A stretch of DNA of 64,000 nucleotides from Clostridia bacterium (lineage in GTDB: Bacteria; Bacillota; Clostridia; CAKSNL01; HGM11501), in NCBI GenBank assembly GCA_045545475.1, contig JAZQAZ010000047.1, positions 32,001-96,000 of the forward strand, read 5' to 3'. Positions 23,452-29,568 of this stretch are shown piece after piece (within the stretch, counting starts at the first letter, position 1; each line of letters begins with the position of its first letter). The notes beneath the pieces were generated by a model. The model saw nothing but the letters and a program-made list of their open reading frames with translations, made no database searches and was not told the DNA's origin. A program made the translations under genes and the position numbers.

Positions 23452-24540
23452 ATGAAAAAAATACTTACCTTTATCGGAGCGTTTACTTTGACTTTTATGA
23501 TGTTTGTTTTACCTTCGGAAGCGATAAGGATAACAAACAGTCCTGTATCTATGACAATGGCTGCAGAAAGCGGAGAAGTGGTATTTACCATAAACGACGT
23601 GGAGATATATCCTTCGCTGTATTATGCTGAAGGCGGAAGTTGTGCAAAGAAGCTTGAAATATGGATAACCGAAAACCGTATTGCGGAAAACCCCGAGTTT
23701 TTAATCTATTGTTACGATAAGGACGGCAATCATATAGATTCAGAGTATATCACGATGAAATATGATAACAGATATTCTCAGTATTGCGGATGCGTTTATG
23801 CCGATGTAAACACTGCCAGCGTTGAAATTCAGCCTGCAAAGCCGGGAAGCTGGTTTAATTCTTATTATTATTGCCGCTATGAAGGAATATCTGCAGATGA
23901 CGGCAGAAAACTTACTGTGCTTGACTTGCTTGTTCCCGATTACGAAGCTGTAGGATGGCACGGTGATGTTAATCTTTACGCACTTGACGGAAGAGAGCTT
24001 AAGGTTGCGTACTGCGATGTGGCCGCCTACAAAGCTGTGGGGTGGTATGAATGGGAAGATATCAAGATGATAGAATTCAGAGACTACTTCAGTAAGGGAA
24101 TTAACGACTGGGATTATGAATGTATACTTGAAAAAGTGGATACATTAAAAACTCTCATTAAAAATCCGTCTTATTTGCAGGAGTTGTCGGACGCTCAGTG
24201 CAAAGCTATGGATAAGTGGAGAGTGGAGCTTAATGCTCCGATGGCCCTGGTTGACTATCATGTTTTGTATAATGAGAAGGACGGCAAAGAATATCTGGCC
24301 ATTGAACTTCGTAATGTTTCCTACGGAACGATTTTATCATACAAAGCCGGATTCGTATGCCACGATAACGCAGGGACTATGATAAGAGAAGAAAATATAT
24401 ATTCTTCTGAAAGTACCGAACTTAATCCCGGAGAAAAGAAGATATTTTATTTTCAGTTGGATAATTACAATACGGATTATATCAGCAATTTTACCGTCAG
24501 AAGTGTCGTATTTAGTGACGGAACTTCCTGGAACGGTTAA
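23452..24540 (+). CDS. Secreted hypothetical protein with two internal DGR...VGW repeats and a C-terminal Ig-like domain
   Basis: Signal peptide MKKILTFIGAFTLTFMMFVLPSEA; repeats SADDGRKLTV...YEAVGWH and YALDGRELKV...YKAVGWY; ends VRSVVFSDGTSW. Confidence 0.7.
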   Translation: MKKILTFIGAFTLTFMMFVLPSEAIRITNSPVSMTMAAESGEVVFTINDVEIYPSLYYAEGGSCAKKLEIWITENRIAENPEFLIYCYDKDGNHIDSEYITMKYDNRYSQYCGCVYADVNTASVEIQPAKPGSWFNSYYYCRYEGISADDGRKLTVLDLLVPDYEAVGWHGDVNLYALDGRELKVAYCDVAAYKAVGWYEWEDIKMIEFRDYFSKGINDWDYECILEKVDTLKTLIKNPSYLQELSDAQCKAMDKWRVELNAPMALVDYHVLYNEKDGKEYLAIELRNVSYGTILSYKAGFVCHDNAGTMIREENIYSSESTELNPGEKKIFYFQLDNYNTDYISNFTVRSVVFSDGTSWNG

Positions 24541-24574
24541 AAATACAGGTGCGGTTTTTCCGTACCTGTATTTT
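24540..24574 (+). terminator. Intrinsic terminator
   Basis: AAAATACAGGTGCGG-loop-CCGTACCTGTATTTT. Confidence 0.7.
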
Positions 24575-24620
24575 GAAAAAATGCTATGATAGAATTTTTA
24601 TAAAAAACTTAAAAAAATGC

Positions 24621-24753
24621 TTGACAAAAGTGTGGGCATGTGTTATTATATTCAAGCACACCAAGTGGTTACAGAGGCGAAAAACTTAATAAAAAACTTT
24701 TTTCAAAAAAATGAAAAAAAGTTCTTGACAAACGGTTCTGATTATGGTATAAT
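24621..24753 (+). promoter_or_regulatory. Tandem strong sigmaA promoters (P1 24621-24649, P2 24725-24753) with upstream A-tracts, driving the tRNA operon
   Basis: TTGACA-17-TATTAT and TTGACA-17-TATAAT, both with an extended -10 TG. Confidence 0.8.
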
Positions 24754-24777
24754 AAATTCTGTTGTTGAAAAAGAAAT

Positions 24778-24853
24778 GGGAGCATAGCTCAGTTGGGAGA
24801 GCATCTGCCTTACAAGCAGAGGGTCATAGGTTCGAGCCCTATTGTTCCCACCA
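24778..24853 (+). tRNA. tRNA-Val(TAC)
   Basis: Cloverleaf GGGAGCA...TGTTCCC-ACCA; anticodon arm TCTGC-CTTACAA-GCAGA; TTCGA T-loop. Confidence 0.97.
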
Positions 24854-24860
24854 TTTTTTT

Positions 24861-24937
24861 GGCCTGGTAGTTCAGCTGGTTAGAACGCTAGCCTGTCACG
24901 CTAGAGGTCGTGGGTTCGAGTCCCATCCAGGTCGCCA
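24861..24937 (+). tRNA. tRNA-Asp(GTC)
   Basis: GGCCTGG...CCAGGTC-GCCA; anticodon arm CTAGC-CTGTCAC-GCTAG. Confidence 0.97.
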
Positions 24938-24942
24938 TTTTT

Positions 24943-25018
24943 GCCTCTGTAGCTCAGTTGGTAGAGCAAAGGACTGAAAATCCTTGTGTCACTGGTTCGA
25001 TTCCAGTCGGAGGCACCA
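24943..25018 (+). tRNA. tRNA-Phe(GAA)
   Basis: GCCTCTG...CGGAGGC-ACCA; anticodon arm AAGGA-CTGAAAA-TCCTT. Confidence 0.97.
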
Positions 25019-25025
25019 GGTAAAT

Positions 25026-25100
25026 GCGGGAGTGGCTCAGTGGTAGAGCGTCACCTTGCCAAGGTGAACGTCGCGAGTTCGAATCTCGTCTTCCGCTCCA
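25026..25100 (+). tRNA. tRNA-Gly(GCC)
   Basis: GCGGGAG...CTTCCGC-TCCA; anticodon arm TCACC-TTGCCAA-GGTGA. Confidence 0.97.
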
Positions 25101-25148
25101 AAAACACAAAGGAGACGCGTCAGATTTGGTGCGTCGCTTTTGTTATAA

Positions 25149-25222
25149 GGCGCCATGGCCAAGTGGTAAGGCAAAGGTCTGCAACACCTATATCCCCAGT
25201 TCGAGTCTGGGTGGCGCCTCCA
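25149..25222 (+). tRNA. tRNA-Cys(GCA)
   Basis: GGCGCCA...TGGCGCC-TCCA; anticodon loop CTGCAAC; U73 discriminator. Confidence 0.95.
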
Positions 25223-25223
25223 G

Positions 25224-25256
25224 AAAAAAGACTTGTCAGTTGACAAGTCTTTTTTT
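25224..25256 (+). terminator. Intrinsic terminator of the tRNA operon
   Basis: AAAAAAGACTTGTCA-GT-TGACAAGTCTTTTTTT. Confidence 0.85.
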
Positions 25257-25432
25257 AATGAAATTTGCCTGCGTCAAGTGAAATACGCTACGCGTATGAA
25301 ATATTGCTTCGCAATGTGAAATATGCCTTGCGGCATATGAAAAGGCAAATTTTATTTCACATTTTTCTGTAAGAAAAATATTTCATAATCCGTAGGGTTA
25401 TTTCATATCAACGAAGTTGATATTTCATTAAA
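25254..25432. repeat. Comb-like multi-hairpin repeat element: 5x TGAAA(T) followed by 4x ATTTCA, spaced by small hairpins, closed by an 11-bp inverted repeat
   Basis: TGAAAT at 25259, 25279, 25297 and 25317, and TGAAA at 25338; ATTTCA at 25354, 25380, 25400 and 25422. Outer IR is TTTAATGAAAT/ATTTCATTAAA. Confidence 0.85.
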
Positions 25433-25483
25433 TATTTACATATTGCTAATTCTATGTTAGAATGTTAGCAGAGGTGTTTAGTT

Positions 25484-25831
25484 ATGAAGGAAAACAAACT
25501 TATAGATTTATCTACGGATTTAGCAGTTAAAATTATAAAACTCTGTGAAACGATAAAAGGACATTATTCACTTGTAAATCAGTTAGAAAGAAGTTCTACA
25601 TCAATCGGGGCAAACATTCACGAAGCTAACTATGCTCACGGAAAGAACGATTTTATTGCAAAATTACAGATTGCTTTGAAAGAATGTTATGAAACAGAAT
25701 ATTGGCTCGAGCTTTTTGTAAAGTCAGAAATTTTAGATAGAGAAACTGCGAAAAATTTATATAATCAATGTGGTACAATTCGAAAAATGTTGATTTCTTC
25801 AATCAACACTGCAAAAAAGAACAGTAATTAG
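25484..25831 (+). CDS. Four-helix-bundle protein (TIGR02436 / 23S rRNA IVS-protein / Avd-like fold)
   Basis: LVNQLERSSTSIGANIHEANYAHGKNDFIAKLQIALKECYETEYWLELF signature. Own promoter TTTACA-17-TAGAAT (25435-25463) and RBS GAGGTG. Confidence 0.9.
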   Translation: MKENKLIDLSTDLAVKIIKLCETIKGHYSLVNQLERSSTSIGANIHEANYAHGKNDFIAKLQIALKECYETEYWLELFVKSEILDRETAKNLYNQCGTIRKMLISSINTAKKNSN

Positions 25832-25851
25832 AGCTGGCATCTAAACCATTC

Positions 25852-26035
25852 GGCGCCGTCCAGAAAAACAAGCACCATAAAACAGACTCGAACGAAGTCA
25901 TAGGAAAAAATGCGGAGCATTTTGACGTAGTTTTTCAAAACTGCGTTTTGAAAAATCGAGTCTGGGTGGCAAACATCGCAAGGACTAAAAAGTCTGCTAT
26001 AAAGTCATAGGCAAAAATGTAAAGCATTTTGCCGG
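25852..26035. repeat. Partial copies of the tRNA-Cys 3' end plus a degenerate ~32-bp direct repeat with hairpins
   Basis: GGCGCCgTCCAGAAAAA (25852-25868) versus GGCGCCTCCAGAAAAA (25213-25228). TCGAGTCTGGGTGGC (25956-25970) is identical to 25201-25215. AAGTCATAGGnAAAAATG...AGCATTTTG occurs at ~25895 and ~26002. Confidence 0.75.
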
Positions 26036-26248
26036 AGGTCAGTGGTTTGGTCAGGAAAATAAATAATGCGGGCATACAGAGAAGAGGTAGCATGATAGAG
26101 CACATCTTTCTGCGAAAGCAGAACTTTTGTTTTTAGAAGGTTGTATATAGAAAATCGTTTTACAATAAATATTTTGCTTGTATCTATTTACTTTGATACT
26201 TAGGTGTGATATACTTGGAGAAAATAATATGATAAAGGGGATAAACAT

Positions 26249-26920
26249 ATGAAAAAAGCATTATTGATATTTATGATCAGTATCAGTTTGACTTTGACAG
26301 GCTGTTCGAACGTCTCTATTGTAGATAAGGATGTAGAAAAAGAATATATCCTTAATTCTGACACTGAAGTTATTACTGAAGTCGATCTGTCTAAATTGAA
26401 CGATACTGAACTTAAATATGCTTATGAGGAAATTTTCGCAAGACACGGTAAGATATATACCGATACAAATTACGAGAAGTACTTTAACTCTAAAGATTGG
26501 TATGTTCCGAATCCCTCCTATGATGAAGATGATTTGTCTGAACTGGAGAAGGAAAATTCTGAATATATAAACGCCTATATCTTATCTAAAAAAACTGAAG
26601 ACAATGGTGACTCAGAAAATAACGCTTCTAAATTTGATGAAGATTATTTCTTTGCAAATTATTCGGATGACAATACATATATTATACCTGACAGTAGTGT
26701 GAGAAAATTGACGGTAAGCGAACTTTATAGCTATTCGTCAAGCGCTTTGGCTCTTATCCGTAATGAAATTTATGCTAGAAACGGATATATCTTTACAAAG
26801 CAGAAATACAGTGACTATTTTAACTCAAAAAGGTGGTATTCGCCAAATCCGTATTTTAATGAAAGTTGGCTAAGCAGTACTGAGAAATATAATATACAAC
26901 TTATAAAGAGTCTGGAATAG
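26249..26920 (+). CDS. Lipoprotein with two YARHG domains
   Basis: Lipobox LTGC; EEIFARHGKIY...YFNSKDWY and RNEIYARNGYIF...YFNSKRWY. Confidence 0.88.
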   Translation: MKKALLIFMISISLTLTGCSNVSIVDKDVEKEYILNSDTEVITEVDLSKLNDTELKYAYEEIFARHGKIYTDTNYEKYFNSKDWYVPNPSYDEDDLSELEKENSEYINAYILSKKTEDNGDSENNASKFDEDYFFANYSDDNTYIIPDSSVRKLTVSELYSYSSSALALIRNEIYARNGYIFTKQKYSDYFNSKRWYSPNPYFNESWLSSTEKYNIQLIKSLE

Positions 26921-26924
26921 AATT

Positions 26925-27803
26925 ATGAATTTACAAGAACAAAGAAGATTGAGAAAAAAACAACGGACCAAAATTATGGTTTTGGTGATTTTGGCATTGA
27001 TTACCGGATTTGTTGCCGGGGTGTGTTGTACAATTGCATTTACTGATAAGTATTCGATTATAATAACAAAACCTAATGAAGAAAAAATAAAGCCGGAGTC
27101 TGACGAACCGAAAACCGAAAGTGAGTTTTCGGGAGAGGTTGAGACTGAAGAAATTGAAGACAAAAAAATTTTTGCAAAAGCTAAAATAATTGCAATTGAT
27201 GCAGGACATCAGAAAAACGGGAATTTTTCACAGGAGCCTATAGCTCCCGGGGCTACACAAACCAAAGCTAAGACTTCGGGAGGAACTACCGGAGTCGCTA
27301 CAAAAATCCCCGAATATCAGGTGAATTTAGAAGTGGCTCTTTTGCTTGAGGAAGAATTGATATCAAGGGGATATGAAGTGATTATGATTCGAAGAAGCAA
27401 TGACGTCGATATAAGTAACTCTCAAAGAGCCATGGTAGCGAATGATGCAAATGCAGATGCCTTTATTCGTATACATTGCAACGGAGCCGAAAACAGCAAT
27501 GCTAAAGGAGCACTTACACTGTGTCAGACTTCGGAAAATCCTTATTGCGGAAATTTATATGATCAGAGTCGTTCTTTGTCTGAATTTGTGGTTGACGGAT
27601 TGTGCGAAGAGACCGGGGCTGCCAACCTGGGAGTTACAGAGACGGATACTATGAGCGGCATTAATTGGTGCCAAGTTCCCGTTACAATTGTTGAAATGGG
27701 ATTTATGACTAATTACGAAGAAGATATACTTCTTTGTGATACTTCTTATCAGAAGAAGCTTGCGATTGGAATAGCTAATGGAATTGATGATTTCTTTGCT
27801 TAG
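26925..27803 (+). CDS. Membrane-anchored N-acetylmuramoyl-L-alanine amidase (Amidase_3)
   Basis: N-terminal TM; IAIDAGH, EYQVN, IRIHCN and IVEMGFMTN zinc/catalytic motifs. Confidence 0.92.
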   Translation: MNLQEQRRLRKKQRTKIMVLVILALITGFVAGVCCTIAFTDKYSIIITKPNEEKIKPESDEPKTESEFSGEVETEEIEDKKIFAKAKIIAIDAGHQKNGNFSQEPIAPGATQTKAKTSGGTTGVATKIPEYQVNLEVALLLEEELISRGYEVIMIRRSNDVDISNSQRAMVANDANADAFIRIHCNGAENSNAKGALTLCQTSENPYCGNLYDQSRSLSEFVVDGLCEETGAANLGVTETDTMSGINWCQVPVTIVEMGFMTNYEEDILLCDTSYQKKLAIGIANGIDDFFA

Positions 27804-28007
27804 TAGAAAGAATCGCTGTTGTGAAGTAGCAAAATATAAGTAGTTACATGGTGGTTTTGGTATATGCTTTTGCTTGCTAAATTCATTTAGAAGGACTTTT
27901 CATCTTAACGCATTTCCTTTCCCGCCTGCAAAACACAATAGTATAATTGAAAGTGGCATACCTAAGAGTATAATACTTACATACATTTTGAAAGCGGATG
28001 ATTTTTT

Positions 28008-29300
28008 ATGAAAAAGATGCTGGCACGCTACCCAAAGGGAAACCCGAGACGTAAGTGGAAGCAGGATAATTTCGTGCTTTCTGTTACAAATGCCTCGCTC
28101 ATGGGACTGGAATACGGAAGCGAGTCCGATTTGGAAAAGGCGAGACGTGGCATGAAAACTGCAAAAGAAGCAGGCTTTAATATGGTTGAACTTCTCTGGG
28201 CAAGTCCTGTTATGGGTATGGAATCGGTTAAAATGGCAGAGCAGATTTCCATGCCCCTCATATATCAGAATATGCTTCGCTTCGGTGGAATGGGATACAG
28301 AAAAGAGAAAAATATAAAGCCGGAAGATAACGACCTTGAAGGCGTAATAAAAGATACAGCACCCTGGAAATCGGTTGTCGGTCTTTGCGTTTATGATGAG
28401 CCGCTTGACACCGAACAGCGTGAGTTAGCCAGAAAGCTTATTGACCGTATGGAGGAAATCTGTCCCGAAAAGCTTCCCTTCGCCTGCACGGATGCGGGAA
28501 AAATTGACGAAATGGCTGATGAAGTTGATCCCGCACAGCTATCCTTTGACCAGTATGCCTTTGGCGGCTGGGCAGGAGGCGGTATGGACAGGGAAAATCA
28601 GATGGACAGATGTCTTGGATACTGGGATAAAATGGAGATTGCAAAAAATGCGGCAAAACGCATTGATGCACCATTCTGGTTTTACTATCAGGGACACGAG
28701 CTTTCCTATAATCCCGTTTATGACGATTATTCATTTGCTGCATCCCGTATGATGGCAAACGCCGCACTTCTTTACGGTGCAAAGGGCGTATCCTGCTATA
28801 ATGAATTTGACGGTGCGTTTAATCCGGAAAACGGAGGACACGGCATTTATTTTGATGAGCAGCTTAAGCTTAATCATGAAATTGCAGCTCTCGGAAATAC
28901 GCTTATGGCACTTAGGTGCGAGAGGGTTATTCACGACGAAAGCCTTAAAACAGAAAATGCGAAGGTTCACTTTGCGACCATGGAGGAAAGCAAGCTCTTA
29001 AAAGGAAAACTTCCCAAACGAATTTCTATTTCCGAATTTTCGGATGATTACGGAAACGATTACCTTATGGTATTAAACCGCGATTACAAATATGACAGGC
29101 GATATGTCCTTGACTTAAAGGAAGAAAGACGCGTATGGCGTGTAAGCAATACTGACGGAGAACAGCATCTTGCCTTTGAAGGAGGTAAAAATAAGATAAT
29201 GGGAACCCTTACACCGGGAAGTATTGCTCTCTACCGTTTGCAGAAGTTGGAAGAAGAGCCTTATGCGATAGAGTATTATCTTGATAAAGGAACATTTTAG
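28008..29300 (+). CDS. Hypothetical protein, probable glycoside-hydrolase-like TIM barrel with C-terminal beta domain
   Basis: AKEAGFN, VYDEP, SFDQY, PFWFYYQ, ALLYGAKG and C-terminal YLMVLNRD resemble clan GH-A-like unknown proteins. No signal peptide. Confidence 0.55.
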   Translation: MKKMLARYPKGNPRRKWKQDNFVLSVTNASLMGLEYGSESDLEKARRGMKTAKEAGFNMVELLWASPVMGMESVKMAEQISMPLIYQNMLRFGGMGYRKEKNIKPEDNDLEGVIKDTAPWKSVVGLCVYDEPLDTEQRELARKLIDRMEEICPEKLPFACTDAGKIDEMADEVDPAQLSFDQYAFGGWAGGGMDRENQMDRCLGYWDKMEIAKNAAKRIDAPFWFYYQGHELSYNPVYDDYSFAASRMMANAALLYGAKGVSCYNEFDGAFNPENGGHGIYFDEQLKLNHEIAALGNTLMALRCERVIHDESLKTENAKVHFATMEESKLLKGKLPKRISISEFSDDYGNDYLMVLNRDYKYDRRYVLDLKEERRVWRVSNTDGEQHLAFEGGKNKIMGTLTPGSIALYRLQKLEEEPYAIEYYLDKGTF

Positions 29301-29335
29301 ACTTTAATTATTTACCTTTTATTTACAAATTCGCG

Positions 29336-29364
29336 TTGACAAACTTAAAGTAAAGTGATAAAAT
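29336..29364 (+). promoter_or_regulatory. sigmaA promoter of the riboswitch/P-type ATPase unit
   Basis: TTGACA-17-TAAAAT with extended -10 TG. Confidence 0.8.
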
Positions 29365-29370
29365 AAAAAC

Positions 29371-29496
29371 ATAAGGGAGTAGTCGGCACGGTATGTGCGA
29401 TGAAGTCAACACCTTGTAAATCTGTATATAACAGATTTTCTGGTTTCATCTTAAATGACAAGACTTATCTTAAAAGGATGGGTCTTGTCTTTTTTT
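29371..29496 (+). ncRNA. yybP-ykoY (Mn2+-sensing) riboswitch with overlapping terminator expression platform
   Basis: 5' AAGGGAGTAG, internal GTCAACAC and 3' ACAAGACTT, matching the yybP-ykoY core. Terminator GACAAGACTTATC...GATGGGTCTTGTC-T tract competes with P1. It lies upstream of a P-type ATPase, a known target class. Confidence 0.82.
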
Positions 29497-29568
29497 AATT
29501 TAAAATACCTTGCGGATGCATAAAGTATTCTGCGGGGAGAAATATAATTTCAGAAGGGAGATTTTCAA

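Noticed and set aside
24762-25281. Four short ORFs in the track overlapping the tRNA cluster
   Set aside because: They lie over five well-formed tRNA genes, lack RBSs and give no protein-like sequence.
25254-25432. Possible CRISPR array
   Set aside because: The repeats are only 5-6 bp with ~13-20-nt self-complementary spacers, invert orientation midway, and no cas genes are in the window.
25484-25831. Diversity-generating retroelement (Avd-like gene)
   Set aside because: There is no reverse transcriptase and no template/variable repeat pair with A-specific mismatches nearby.
25223-27803. Prophage or ICE integrated at tRNA-Cys
   Set aside because: No integrase, structural, holin or conjugation genes. 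The amidase has an N-terminal membrane anchor typical of cellular enzymes.
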